From the human T2T-CHM13v2.0 reference genome, Homo sapiens, in NCBI RefSeq assembly GCF_009914755.1, contig NC_060926.1: a DNA stretch of 64,000 nucleotides; one strand, written 5' to 3'. Positions 1 to 16,072 of this stretch are shown in pieces. How positions within the stretch are numbered: the stretch's first letter is position 1; every line of letters begins with the position of its first letter. The position numbers and the translations under genes were made by a program. Below the pieces are notes generated by a model. That model was not told the DNA's origin, searched no databases, and worked only from the letters and a program-made list of their open reading frames with translations.

Positions 1-123
1 GAGCAGACACCAGTCCATACTTCTTGTACAGACGGCTGAACCATGAGCTAAATAAACCTCTTTTCTTTATAAATTACCCAGCCTCAGGTATTCCTTTACA
101 GCAACACAAAACAGACTAAGACG
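1..123 (+). mobile_element. MaLR LTR 3' end (MST-type), cut by the window edge
   Basis: AATAAACCTCTTTTCTTTATAAATTACCCAGCCTCAGGTATTCCTTTA...GACTAAGAC is the typical MST/THE1 LTR terminus. Confidence 0.85.
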
Positions 124-626
124 TACATTTACCTTCCACTTGTGCAAAATCATTTCTTAAGAATCACAAATATAGTAAATTAAATATTTAAATATTTATG
201 TATTTTAAACAATGGAAATTAGTAAAGGACAATCAAAATGATAATATTTTAGTAATATTATATTTTAGTAATTAAAACTGGAAATTTGAAAATATGCTTT
301 ATAATTATTGGCCATAATCACATACTGATATGCTTTTGCTCAGATGAAAATGTGTGAAGAATTTTATTTACTTACAGATGTTCTTTTAAAAACATGAATA
401 AATTTCAAGTGTTGGTGTAAAACATTTCAAAAATCAAAATTAATGATTTTACATTAATAATAGACATTTTGGGGCCAATAATTTCTATGTGGTGTTAAAT
501 TATTTATATTACAAACCTATTGCAAGTCAACATCCATATGTTAGTCAAAAGTGTCTGTAAAACAAATGTGTACATTGTATTATTTGTTAAGTTGACCTTA
601 AGTAATATGTTACATGCACTATTTCT

Positions 627-937
627 TTTTGGGTTTTTTTTTTTTTTTTTTTGGACACAGAGTCTCGCTCTGTCGCCCAGGCTGGAGTGTGGTAGCGCGA
701 TCTCAGCTCACTGCAATCTCCGCCTCCTGGGTTGAAGCAATTCTCCTGCCTTGGCCTCCCGAGTAGCTGGGACTAGAGGCACACACCACCACACTCAGCT
801 AATTTTTTTGTATTTTAGTAGAGACAGGGTTTCACCATGTTGCCCAGACTGATCAAAAAACTCCTGAGCTCAGGCAATCTGCCCACCTCGGCCTTCCAAA
901 GTGCTAGGATTACAGGCGTGAGCCACCGCGTCCAGCC
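627..937 (-). mobile_element. Alu, full length (AluS/J class)
   Basis: Poly-T then reverse Alu dimer; TSD ATGCACTATTTCT at 614-626 and 941-953. Confidence 0.97.
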
Positions 938-1392
938 TAAATGCACTATTTCTAAGGAAAATGAATTCTGGTTTCCTCAATCATCAGTCAGGTAGTTTGT
1001 GAAATGACTTTCATTTGCAATCAAAATATTTTCCTTTCTTAGCCCCTCTTATCAACAACTAGGAGTAAATGTACAATATGAAGGTAGGATCCTCTCAACT
1101 GGCTTCCATCGTTGCCCATTATTAGTTTTCAAATATTTTCTCCTCTGGCCCCTATGGCCCCCTCACTCGGGCATTTCTAATCTGCTAGGATTAACCCCAA
1201 CAATTTCCATGCCATTCAAGAAATACATAAAGCAAGGGAGAATGAAATTTTATAGTGACTACGTTGAATCTACTCTACAACTTACTTAAGAAAAATAAAG
1301 GACTTCACTTGTTTTTCTACAATATGGTGCACTGGGCATCATGAAAAATACTCATCATACAGCACACTTTAAAAACCTGGATTCAGTAGTGG

Positions 1393-1560
1393 GGGAAGAG
1401 AGAAGACAAGGAGATGGAAAGGAAAGGAAAAGAGAAGGGAAGGGAAGGAAAAAGGGAAAGGAAGGAAAGGAAAGGGAAGGGAAAGGGAAAGAAAAGAGAA
1501 GTGAAAGAGAAAGGAAATGAGAAAGGGCAAAGAAAAGGAAAATGAAAAAAGAAAAGCAAA
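1393..1560. repeat. GA-rich polypurine low-complexity tract, (GGAAA/GGGAA)n-like
   Basis: About 170 bp almost entirely purines on the + strand. Confidence 0.9.
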
Positions 1561-2130
1561 TAAACTTCTATAACTGCATAGAAGAACTGAAAAGAAATTG
1601 AGAACAATCCTCAGAGGCCAAAAAATGACAAGTGTAATCCAGAGGGGTAATAAATGCTGATGTTGGTATCTGTCATGGGAATATCCACTAATCCCTAGAG
1701 GTCCATAGCTTCATAGCTGGATATACCTGGGCCCACAGCTGGCTGTACATTGCCAATTTTCTGTCCCTTGTACCAACCTCTTGGCCTGAGTCTCCTTCTG
1801 CATTCTCCAGTCCTACTGCCGCTTGATAACCGAGCATTGACCCACACCCTGCAAATGACCCAACACTTCAAAGCCCAAATTTCAGCTAACTCAATTATTT
1901 CAAGGCACCAGGAAGCCAGAAACAGCAGGATTGCTGCTAAGAACAGAGAGAAGGAAGCCAGAGTTTACTTTATCCTAAAACAAGGATAAGCCCCAATCTC
2001 ACCCACAGTGACTCAAGTAGCCCAGAAGTCTCCTCCTGACTTTGAGAAGAGGGCATTTATTCTAATCACCTCTTTTTCTTTTTGTAAATATTAGGGGCTA
2101 TTACTGTGTGCCATGGACTATTGAAGTTAG

Positions 2131-2457
<327 letters not shown>

Positions 2458-3484
2458 TGGATTAATTTTTGAGCCATCTGTACCAACCAAGCCTGTGAAA
2501 GTTCTACTTAATTTTATTAACAAACCTTTTCATTAAAAATATTAATAAATGTTTAACAAGATCAATTTACAGGGGACCGTGTGGATCCTGTTAAATAACG
2601 GATTTGTGTTTACTGCATTATAAATCACTAGGTAAAATCATAAGCCTTTATAACTGCTTGCTAACTTAGAAAACAGTACCTTCAGCCTAATTAAATGTCT
2701 GGAAACAGAAGCAAAATTGAATTCTCTTTATGTCAAGTAAATACAGAGAAGGCCCAAATTACTTTGGTATTTGTGTAGCAAGAGGGTAGCACACTGGATA
2801 GTTCATTAGTATCTCCTATGAAGATGAAATTTGACTGTGACATTTAGGAAAGAGATTACCTACTTAAGAACACTTTGACATGTTTAATCTGAAGGAATTC
2901 AAAGAAAAATGAAACTATCTCATCAGTGGGCTGCTTTCATTTAAACAGCATCGTACTAGGGAGTTTAACCCAGTCTAATTTTCAAATTCTCTCTTCAATA
3001 TTAAGGCCCACAAAGATCAGACATGCCCTACATTGAAAGCGATGCTCATTGCAAATGGAATGAAATGGCCCAGTTTACAAAGTCACGATGTTTTGTGATT
3101 GTCTTACACAGGAGATATCCACATCAGAAAGGAATACAGTTCTGAGGGCTTCTCACAGAAAGGAAAGGTCTATAATAGTTGTTGCTAACATAAAATTATT
3201 TGAACATTATACTCTCTCTTCAATCACTCTGTGCTCCAGTGCTGTTTTAGTATTTCTGATATGTCAGGAATAAAATCTTAGCATCATCTAATCTTACTTT
3301 TATCAAGGAAGGCATAATGCCAGCTGAATGGATTTGAGGAACCTAGGGTGATAAGTAGGACTAGACGTAGAACCTATATGAGGACACACAGAAAATCCCG
3401 CGCCCTCAAACCTATTTTTTACGTTGAGATAGGTGGATAGATAGACATACAGACACATACATAGAGAATTAAGAATATAAGATC

Positions 3485-3800
3485 AGTTCATTTATTTATC
3501 CAGTAAAGATGTAATGAGTGTCTCAATACTAAAAAGCCGGTATTATTCTGAGCACTTGGGATATATAAATGAACCAATCAAAAATCCCTTTCCTCATGTA
3601 GCTTACATCTAGCTGAAGGAAGCAGATAATAAATAATAAGCATAACATATAAGTAAACCCCATAGAATGTAATACAGTGCTTTGTGCTTATTGAGGAATA
3701 AAAGCAGAGTAGGGTTAAGATGATACATTCAGAGGTTGGGTGGGAATAAGAATGGCGATCAGAGTAGAGCCCATTGTGAAGGTTACTGTTTAGTGAAGAC
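3485..3800 (-). mobile_element. L2 3' fragment
   Basis: TTCATTTATTTATCCAG...CTCATGTAGCTTACATCTAG resembles the reverse complement of the L2 3' end. Confidence 0.65.
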
Positions 3801-4261
3801 TTGATCAAAGTTTTAGTCCTTAGTAGAAGATCATTCATTAGATGACTAAAAAGAAATGAAAGTTTTAAGGTAAGTGATGATCATAAAAATCATGCTGATA
3901 AATATATATGTGTATATTTATTTTCTCTCAACAGAAACATAGCTTTTGAGAAAAGCATGTTCATATAAATGCTCTTTTGGGGCTATACTTTCAATCTGAT
4001 GTTTGAAACCTGACTTTTTGTTAACAGATACTGGTCACATCATGAATTAGCAGAAAATATGAAATTTTAATATGAGTTATTAACATTTGAGTCTTAGAAA
4101 ATGTGCTACACAGAAGGCAATGTCCACATTCAACCTATTCACTGAATTGCTACTGTGTAGTGGGTACCTTGTTAGATATTGCAGACACAGCAATTTTAAA
4201 CATACAGTCAATGACCTCAAAGAGTTTGCACTCTAGTACTATTAATTGCTGATATTAATGT

Positions 4262-4500
4262 TCCATATTTATTATTGTGTCAGGCACTGATCCAAGTGCT
4301 TTACACATATTAACTCACCAAGACTTCATGAGAAGATTATGAGGTTGGTACTATCATTGCCTCCTTTAGATAGATGAGAAAGCTGAAGCCCAGAGTAGTT
4401 CAGTGACTTGCTTCAGGCAACAGAACGAGTTAGCTGAAGAGCCAAGATTTGAACCCAGGCAATGTGACCCTAGAGTTTGTTCTAGGATGACACTCCTCTA
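4262..4500 (-). mobile_element. MIR
   Basis: CAGGCACTG..AAGTGCTTTACACATATTAACTCA..GATGAGAAAGCTGAAGCCCAGAG..GATTTGAACCCAGGC. Confidence 0.8.
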
Positions 4501-6029
4501 AGAGGGTATAGATAAGTGAACAGTCACATTCAATAAGACAGTACAAAATCCTTTGAAAATGCAGCTTAGATCTACCTACAGTGGGGCTGTTGTCAGCATC
4601 CTCTTTTGAGCTCATGTGCCAGTTTTCAATGGAAGCCTATATACCAGCATTCTATTTAGCACTGCTTCTGCAGCAGAGGCGGTAGAAGCTGGAAAAAACT
4701 TCAAGCAACGTAAGGAAGGAGAAATAAACCTGGCTCAGTTGGGATCAAAAGCTTAAGAGTCTTATCTGCCACCCCTCCCTCCAGACACGGTTCACACAGG
4801 CTAGGAACAGGTCACCTCCAGTGCCCCCGCCCCCCTCCACCATTCAACAACAGGCAAATTCCCCTCAGAACTTGCTATCTGCCCTGGATCATATTTAAAT
4901 TACAGAATCCTGTTTCGCTGAATAGTAGTACTTTTGCTTTCTTTGCACATTTACATTGTTTTTATTTTATTTTTTAAAAATGTTTTCATTTAAAATTCTC
5001 CTGGGCATTATAAGTACTTTAGGTATTTAATGAACTATCTCATATAGTGTTAAGAAATTTCCCCCAGTAATATTGTTTCAGCATTTTTAATGAGAATTGG
5101 TAAAGTGGCTACAAAGTTTCAAAAGCTTTAGAGAAAAATACATATATATATTCCAATTGGTGTTCTAAGACTAATATATAAACATATTGGTGCAGTTGCC
5201 AAGTAGCAAATTAGTACATCTTTATAATGGCAGAGAAGAGCCTGATTGAAGAATATTAAGCCTTAGATAGGGAATTTACAGAAATAATAAGTTAAGACAA
5301 TCTATTAAGTTGACATTATTCTGTTCTTTTTTGTAACATGCTGTTTAAACTCTTTGACTTGGTTGCTGCTACATGGAAGAAAATCTCATACAAGAACAGA
5401 TTCCAAGGTGTGATACTCATCATATATGTTTGTATGCTATTCAACATTTGTCATCAGATTGATATAACACTTTAGGCGATACTTTCCAAAATAAGCTCCA
5501 CAGACTATTTTGAGGTGTATTATTTATATTTGTATAGTGATATACAATGTGTTTAGGAGTCAGATTTTTGATAACCTGAACCATTCAGGATACATGAAAT
5601 TCAACAAGGGAAGCTGTGACAAAGCCCATGCACTTTGCTCCATAGGTGAGATATGTTCCCCTAGCAACTTTTGAGGTGGAAGAAGCAAGGGAATGGTAGA
5701 AGCCAGTGTCCCAAGGAGAAAAAAACAACAGAAGATAACAGACAATAAACTTTAAAAGGCTGGCTATATAGAATCACACTGGATAGGTGCCAACAACCTA
5801 ATATTTCTTAAGGCTCTCACAATAATTAAGATTCAAAACAAAATATACCCTAACCATCAAGAAGTGGTTCAATTGTACTCACTAGTCACTGGGTACCAAG
5901 TGGGGTGGGAAATATGATCTCTTTGAATGATTGGAAATATTTCCACACTAGAAAGTGTTAACAATACTAAGTTCCTACGGATCATTTCCCCCCAGGAGAC
6001 CACACAAACACAATGAAGCTTTTTTATTA

Positions 6030-6240
6030 TGTCAGGGGCAAGTGGTTAAAATGCTAATTAGAAACCCAACAACCTGGGTTCTAGTTTTTGCCACTTACTT
6101 TGGGCAGGTCCAGTAACCTTACAAATTTTCTTGCTTGTCGTCTGAAGGAGAGTTCACTAACACCTGTCCTTCCTATCAAACAAGGCGTTTTTTGAGAATT
6201 AAATGAGTTTTTCATATGAGAACACTGTCAAAATTATAAA
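6030..6240 (+). mobile_element. MIR (degenerate)
   Basis: GTGGTTAAAA..ACCTGGGTTCTAG..GCCACTTACTTTGGGCAGG..GAGAATTAAATGAG. Confidence 0.65.
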
Positions 6241-6924
6241 GAGCATCCTCTATACAAAACATTACTGAATAAATCATAATGAATAATTTATCCTTAATGT
6301 TTTTCATTAGATCAAATGATATTCTTCATAAATAAAAATGAAAATATCTCATTTGTACTTGAATACCATATGGCAAGTACTGTACTTAAGTAACAATGAC
6401 CTAGACAATGGTAACACAACACAAAGAAGTTGGCTCCAGTACTGCCTGGATATTTATAGAATTCATTAAAAGTTATTTGCTCAGCCCCATATTTGAATTT
6501 AGACAAATTAAACCATTTTCATTTCTTATGACAACCTGGACTGAATTAATCACCAACCCTCCATCATCTAATGCTAGCAGCTATGAGATAATCTACCTGC
6601 TTTACCATATGAATGAAAATAAACAAGTAAAAGAAACCAGTTGCAATTCTCCTTCAACCTCAGTTCCCCTCCTCACATTTCTTCAACTTAAATCTATATC
6701 CCTTTTTGACAACAAAAGATCTCTGGTTGAGTGTGCCTAAACTGCTAGACTTTCCCACTGGGAATAACTAGAAAAAGAGTCCTGGGATTAAGAATGGAAA
6801 CTAGATGTAAAGCAGATAGCAGGTAGGAGCAGAGGATTCTGCAAGGAAGCCACGGGACAGTGAGGGCAGCTGAGGGGAATTACCGAGACCTCATGTCAGC
6901 ACTTTGAAGAGGTCTGTAAGGAAT

Positions 6925-7620
<696 letters not shown>

Positions 7621-7727
7621 AAGAGGAAGGATATGAAGACAGGTTTAAAAGGCAACATGTTTGTATCGGTTTTCTATTGCTGCCATAACAAATTACCAAA
7701 AATGTTCAGGCTTAAAAAACACACACG

Positions 7728-7790
7728 TCACATTGTACCCCATAAATATATACAATTATTATTTGTCCATTAAAAATAAAACAAAACTTC
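7728..7790 (+). mobile_element. L1MA 3' terminal fragment
   Basis: CACATTGTACCCCATAAATATATACAATTATTATTTGTCCATTAAAAATAAAA. Confidence 0.7.
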
Positions 7791-7929
7791 TTTAAAGTTA
7801 AAACATCACAAAACGCATGCACTTTATAACCTTACAATTCTGTAAATCGGAAACTTGACACAGATCTCACCAGGCTAACTAAAAGGTATCAGGGCTATTT
7901 ATTCCTTTCTGTAAGATATAGGATTCATC

Positions 7930-8270
<341 letters not shown>

Positions 8271-8779
8271 CTACCTACATTCAATGTCTCAGACCCCTTT
8301 TCTCCATCTTCAAAGCCAGCAATGACAGGTCAAGTGCATTCTCACTCTGAGTACTACTTCTGCCTCCCTGTGCCACATTTAAGGACTCTTGTAATTAGAC
8401 CAGGTCCGGTCAGCTAATCCAGGATAACCTCGCATGTCGATTTTGATCATCTGCAAAGCCCCTTTTGCCATGTAGCATAACACATTTACAGGTTTCACAG
8501 ATTAGGACATGGATGTCTTTGTGGGAGGGGGCGTTATTCTGCCTACTGCAAGGCTATAGGTAAGAGGTGATTTGGCAAGAGGTTTTCATTGCTTTCTTTC
8601 CCTTCACTCCCCTCAGTCAGCTTTCCACATAGCTATCAAAGAGCTTAAAAACAATGATCATATTATGGCACTCCTCTGCTCAAACTCCTTCACTGGCTTC
8701 TTGACCTGCAGAATAAAGCACACACTCTTTGTAACTGTCCACAAGGGTCTATGTAATCTATCCCAGTGTATTGGAATCT

Positions 8780-9081
<302 letters not shown>

Positions 9082-9089
9082 CTGGAACC

Positions 9090-9306
9090 TTTTTTGTACT
9101 GGTATCCATAGTAAAAAATTTATTTTTAAAGCATAACCTAGGACATACACATGTGTGCGTCTATATATCTCTTTCTATGATACAAACCAGTACTCATCCT
9201 TGGTATCTACTATGTGCTCTGGTATTTTTAATTCTGATCAGCTCTTTTGTTTTTAATGCTGATTGCAACTCACTAATGAACTGTAACTCTTAGTTTAGAA
9301 AACACT
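9090..9306. mobile_element. hAT-Charlie DNA transposon relic (Charlie4z-like)
   Basis: TTTTAATGCTGATTGCAACTCACTAATGAACTGTAACTCTTAGTTTAGAAAACACT end motif. Confidence 0.45.
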
Positions 9307-9750
9307 CATCTGGCCCTGCCTTTCTCTCAAACTCCAGCTGCTAGCATTATACTGAGTTCCCTCAGAACTAGATACATTGACCTCCTGCTTCAGGAGAAAC
9401 TGTGATGGAAATATTCTCCCCAGAACGTCTCAGGGCCTGCTTCCTCACTCATCTGGGTGTCTACTCAACTGTCCCTTTCCCCTGACAACCTCACATCTAA
9501 TCATCCTACTCTCCCACCCCAGCATCATTTTCTGTTTATCTTGCTTTACCTTTCTCCACACCACTTATTACTGCTTTGCAAATTATTTCTTTGTTTCTTC
9601 TCTCCCACGAAAATAAAAGCTCACTAAGACTGCCTTATTTCCTGAGGTAATCCCAGTGTTTAAATCAGGCTTCCTAAGACACAGGAAAAACCCTAGAATT
9701 AGTTATTCAACGAATGAGTAAAATCTGAGTGAGAGTTACTGAATAAATGA
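9307..9750 (+). mobile_element. L2 3' part (continues from about 8590-8763)
   Basis: Pyrimidine-rich L2 body ending in GAATGAGT..GAATAAATGAAT. Confidence 0.65.
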
Positions 9751-9829
9751 ATCAGCAGAGCTAAGACTATATAAGTACTTGGAAAAAATAGTTAATATTA
9801 GTATATTATAATTTATATAGTAACTGTAA

Positions 9830-10370
9830 TCATTGATAATTATCATTTATTATCTATAACATACCAGATACTGTGCAGAGTGTCCTACATAAGTTACTTC
9901 TAGTTGTTGCAACAACCCTGTGATGTAGTTATTTTTACAGATGGGGAAATTGAAATCCAGAAATGTTAGGTTTCTGGTACAGGGTTGCTACAGTCTGTAA
10001 AAATAGCCAGTTTTTGTTATGTTTAATATTTGTTGTCAGGCATTATTCTAAGCATTTGACAGGGCAGTACTCTTATAATTTCCCAAATTTATAGATTGGA
10101 AAATTCAGTCATAGGGCTTACTTAAAGTCACACAGCTTGTAAGTGGTGGCACCAGAAATACAATTAGGCAGCCTGGCACTAGAGTGCTGCCCATAGACCG
10201 CACACTCTTGCTGCTCCAAGTGAGGCCCATGGGCAGCAGCAGCAGCCAGGAGCTCATTAGAAATGCCAAGTCCCACACCCCACCCCAGGCCTGCATTCCA
10301 GTGAGATCCCCAAGCCATTCGCATGCACAAACACAGTTGAAAAGCTCTGCTCTAAACCATACTGCCTCTT
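9830..10370 (-). mobile_element. Two MIR fragments, the second interrupted by MER5A
   Basis: TTTTTACAGATGGGGAAATTGAAATCCAGA; TTTATAGATTGGAAAATTCAGTC..CTTAAAGTCACACAGCTTGTAAGTGG. Confidence 0.65.
10205..10352. mobile_element. MER5A-like hAT-Charlie element
   Basis: CAGCAGC..GGAGCTCATTAGAAATGC..GAGATCCCCAAG..TTGAAAAGCTCTGCT. Confidence 0.65.
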
Positions 10371-10619
10371 AGGCAGGCAAGCAGAGATGGACAGAAATAA
10401 TTTTATAACATTAAGTGTATACTATAAATAGCATTTTAACTAGAACTATTCAATATAACTTTACATGAATTTAACAGAAGTAAAATAATCTAAAGTAAAA
10501 CTAAAAGAATTGCTGAACTTCAGTTAACAATGGCTATTCACCCCAAAATGTCACATTCCTTTTAAGCAAGAAAAAAGATTATGAAGTACATTCAGAGGAT
10601 GAAACCATTATATTTTTCT

Positions 10620-12100
<1,481 letters not shown>

Positions 12101-12784
12101 TGGCATAGTCATCCTGATGTTTCTTCTCCTCTGCTTAAACCCTGATAATTCAGTGTAGAAATCTCTTAACACTCACCCTTTCATATCTAAACTAGAGCTT
12201 TTTCCCATCTCCAAGCTATAATTGGAGGGTGGGGTGTTTATTTGTTTTTCTGTCGGGTGCAGAGGAGTTGTGGGGTGGGAGTGCTAACTCAAGCTGAATG
12301 CAGTCCTTGATGGCAGACTAGCACTCAGCTCTTGAGAATGTCTGCACAAGAGTGAGACAATGAGCCATGAAAGATGAGCCATGGGATTTTAATTCCTCTC
12401 CATACATAGATACACTTCTAATGTAAGTGGCCTCGGTTCCCCACCGGATCCCCCTTTCTGATGGTTTCTATACCTTACTTTGTTATGAAATAGCCTGCCT
12501 ACATAGCTGCATTGGATTGGATTCGAGGCCATGGAATTACCAACTCATTCTGCTTTGAGGTATCTTCAGAGAAAACTGCCTGATAGGCAGGTACAAAGCT
12601 AACAATATATCACAACTAATCTCATTATCTCTCTGAAAAAGGATAAAAAGTGGTTACTTGAACAGATTATTATTCTCAGTAATGTCTATCAATTTGTCTC
12701 TTTTTCTGTGAAGCCCATGGTACAACCTACCATCAATTTTGGATGCTACGGCATGTTTTCTTGTATTCTTACATTCAACCTCCA

Positions 12785-13025
12785 TTGTTAAGAACAACGA
12801 CATTAGAGTCATGACTTCCTGGGTTTCAATCTCAGTGCAACTGCTTACTCCCTCTGTTACTCCAAGCCAGATAAAACCTTTCAAAGTCTCAGTTCTCTTG
12901 CCTACAGTCTTACTTGATGATACTTACTTTGTAGAGTTATTATGGAGATTATATGAAATAACATATATAAGGCACTTGGAATATACCCAAATATAGTAAG
13001 CACACAATATATTTTCACAATTATT
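12785..13025 (+). mobile_element. MIR
   Basis: AGAGTCA..CCTGGGTTTCAATCTCAG..TCTCAGTT..ATAGTAAGCACACAATA. Confidence 0.7.
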
Positions 13026-13030
13026 GTTCT

Positions 13031-13400
13031 TGTCTCAGTCAGTTCAGACTGTTACAATAAAATACCATATACAGAGTAGCTTAAATAACAAACTTTTATT
13101 TCTCATAGTTCTAGATGTGAGGAGGTCCAAGATGAAGTTGTCAACAGATTCACTATCTGGTGAGGACCCTCTATCTGGTTTGCAGATGGCCACCTTTTTG
13201 CTGTATCCTCTCATGACAGAGAAAGGAGGGCCCTGGTCTCTCCCTCTTTGAATAAGGGCATCCCACCATGAGGGTGCCAACCTCGTGACCTCATCTAAAT
13301 CTAATTACTTCCCAAAGGCCCCACCTACACATACCATCACAATGGGGACTCAGGCTTCAACGTATGAATTTTGGGTGCACATAAACATTCAGCTGTAGCA
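13031..13400 (-). mobile_element. MaLR LTR (MLT1A-like)
   Basis: TGTCTCAGTC..GTCCAAGATGAAG..TTGCAGATGGCCACC..CTAATTACTTCCCAAAGGCCCCACC..GTAGCA. Confidence 0.85.
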
Positions 13401-13419
13401 ATTCCTCTTACACATGTTC

Positions 13420-14260
13420 AAGGCATCACAGAGGTGTGAGGTGGGGCACCTTAGATGGATTCTATTAGGGGGACACTGTAATTAGAGAGGCTTTCTGCAA
13501 GAGGTGACGCGTAAGCTAAAGATTGCTGATTAGAGAGGGGTGAACCAGGAAGGAGAATGTAATTTCAGAGGGAACAGATTTCATTCATTCACTTATTAAT
13601 TTATTCAATAAATATTTATTAACTACCTATTCTATGCCAGGTCCCATTCTAGGCACTGGGGAAGACAGCAGTGAGCAAGGAAGACAAAACTTTCTTTCCA
13701 CTGGTGGAGACAAACAATAAATAAACGCACAGTATAATGGCAGATGCTGGAAAGGGTTAAGAAAAAACTATAAGGCAAAGTAAAGAAACAGAATAAGAGG
13801 AAGGAAGTACTTTTCTGAATAGGGTGGTTAGGAATGACCTCTCTGAAGAAACAGCATTTGAGAAGGGGCCAAAAGGAAGAACGAGTAGCGCCTTGAAGAT
13901 AAGATACAACATGGGGGAGAAAAAACCCTCAGCATTTCGGGAAACAACAATCAGTTTAGCGTGGTTGGATTTTGAGACAGAAAACTGGAGGACAGGTAGG
14001 TATACACTATGCTAAGCTATTCGCCCAGAGTAAAGACTCTGGACTGACCAGAAGCCATTGAAAGGTTTTAGGCAAAAGGATGACGGGTACTAATTGTGCT
14101 TTAAATAGATTACACTAGAAGTAATGTGCAGGTTAGATCTGAAACCATCAAAGCTGGTGGTTAGAAGAAAGTATTGGTATTTTTTTAAGCCTCCCTTCTG
14201 GAGAAGAAATGAATAATTCAGAAGTTATTTAGAGGTAAAACAAGGACTGGGTAGATGAAT
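13420..14260 (-). mobile_element. L2 fragments
   Basis: TTCATTCATTCAC..AATAAATATTTATTAACTACCTATTCTATGCCAGG; GAAGCCATTGAAAGGTTTTAGGCA. Confidence 0.75.
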
Positions 14261-14739
14261 TAGCTCAGAGTATCAGGAGCCTAACTCTGAGAAGAAATGT
14301 TTAGGGTTGGGATATGGCCATTCCCAAAGAAAAAACTTGGGGGAAACATGTAAGTCCAAGAAATTCATTCCAGGTATGACTGAAAGGAGGAAAACAATAT
14401 AGGCGCCAAATAGCAAGTAATAAGTGAAACATAAAATCTCAAGTCAAGGAAAATGTAATTCCCAATTCTGCCAGAAAACAAATCACAATTATTAATAGCC
14501 TGCCTTCCAGTTCCCAGGACTCGTTTGTCTCTAAAGTCTACTATTTGATTTTGTTTCCATGGATGAAACCAGAAAACACAGAAAATGACAAAAATCTTAT
14601 TTCACGATCGTCTAATATGTGTCCCTTAGTTAACATCTAATTTTTGTATGTATCATGATGTCATTTTGCCATTTACCCGGAGACTCCATGGTAGAATTTA
14701 TTCTTCCCCAAGAGGTTCTCGTTTTTGTTTCCTGGCAAC

Positions 14740-14980
14740 ATGCTAGTGGAAAGAACGTGGGCTCTCGGGTTCAGAAGACCTGGCATCCAGTCCTGCCTCT
14801 ACCACAGATGAGCCACATGACCCTGAGGTCACACTCCTTCTCTCCTCTATATCTCTGTTTTCTCCCTAGGAAAATATACACTTGGGATGGCTTCTGAGAA
14901 TTAATTGAGGTTATGTATATCACAGTACCTAGTTCAGAGGCTGGCACATGGTAGGTGCTCTATGAATGTTTGTTCAATTT
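14740..14980 (+). mobile_element. MIR
   Basis: TAGTGGAAAGAACGTGGGCTCT..AGACCTGG..CTGGCACATGGTAGGTGCTC. Confidence 0.75.
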
Positions 14981-14984
14981 AGCT

Positions 14985-15775
14985 AGAGCCTGGGGTACAT
15001 GTGGAATAGAGGAGAAAAGGGAAATGAGAAACGATCACAAAAACTATGCATGTCAAACTAAGGCATTAATGGGAAGTCATTTAATGATGTGCTAATTTAA
15101 GCAAGAAGTAATGAGCTCAGGCAGTTCAGTAAGGATGATTTCCTAAGATATTTAGGAAGGTGCTTGATTAACAGTAGAAATGAAAGAGCAAGACTCCATC
15201 TCAAAAAAAAAAAAAAGAAAAGAAAGAGAGAGAGGATATTCAATTTCTAGCCTGAAAGACTGGATCCATGAGACTATTCAAAAAAAAGCAAGGAACACAG
15301 GAGGGGCAGCAAGTGTGAAAAATAAGAACAGGAACTCATTCAGTGGGCATTTACTCTTGAATGATTCCTATCACTCAAGAAATATCTGCGAATGCTTACT
15401 GCATCAGAATATGGAAAATACAGAGATGACCTCTCCCCCTCACAGAGCTGACATTCCAATCAGAGAATTATTTAAATAAAAGGATTCAAAGAAAGTGATC
15501 TAAGGAGAAAGAACAGAGTATTCGAAGGTCTTGAGGCTGAAAGTAGTATCTCCTTCAAGGAAGTAAAAGACACGCAGACCAAACTGAGTGGACAAGATGA
15601 GGTGAGAAGTCAAGATCATGCAGGATCTCATAGGTCATTTTAAGGATATCGGCTTTATCATAATAACTAAAGCCATTGATGAATTTCAAACAGTAAACTA
15701 ATCAATGAGTAAAGGGATCAAATTCACATTTGGAAATTCACTCTAACTGCATGTAGAGAATGATTTGAGGATATT
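14985..15775 (-). mobile_element. L2 fragments
   Basis: GGAAGTCATTTAATGATG; AGATCATGCAGGATCTCATAGGTCATTTTAAGGA; AGCCATTGATGAATTT. Confidence 0.55.
15184..15216 (+). mobile_element. Extremely 5'-truncated Alu (3' tip plus poly-A)
   Basis: AGAGCAAGACTCCATCTC followed by A14. Confidence 0.75.
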
Positions 15776-16072
15776 CGCTTGTCAGACTGGAAATTCTGAC
15801 AAGCTCACCTGCCACAGAGCATCTGGATGTCAGATAAAATAATGCAAGTATATGTTTATATGCACTGCATTAACTAACAAAAAAAAGGGGAGAGAAATGC
15901 CCAAAGACCATGAAGAATAAAAATAAGGTGAAATGAGAATGGTACTCAAACTATTAACCCAGAGCTTCCCTAGGAGTAAACGTTAATACTACTTAAACGT
16001 AGAGATTTGGAGATTAATGGCTGCAGGAGAGAACAGGAGCTTAAACTTCAGGCCCATTCCAAGGAGGGGATT

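Noticed and set aside
3019-3028. p53 half-site AGACATGCCC
   Set aside because: Single half-site with no adjacent partner; expected by chance.
4576-4688. Minus-strand exon-like segment ending in MSSKEDADNSPTV
   Set aside because: Weak donor, stops in all frames and no recognisable protein; indistinguishable from a pseudo-exon.
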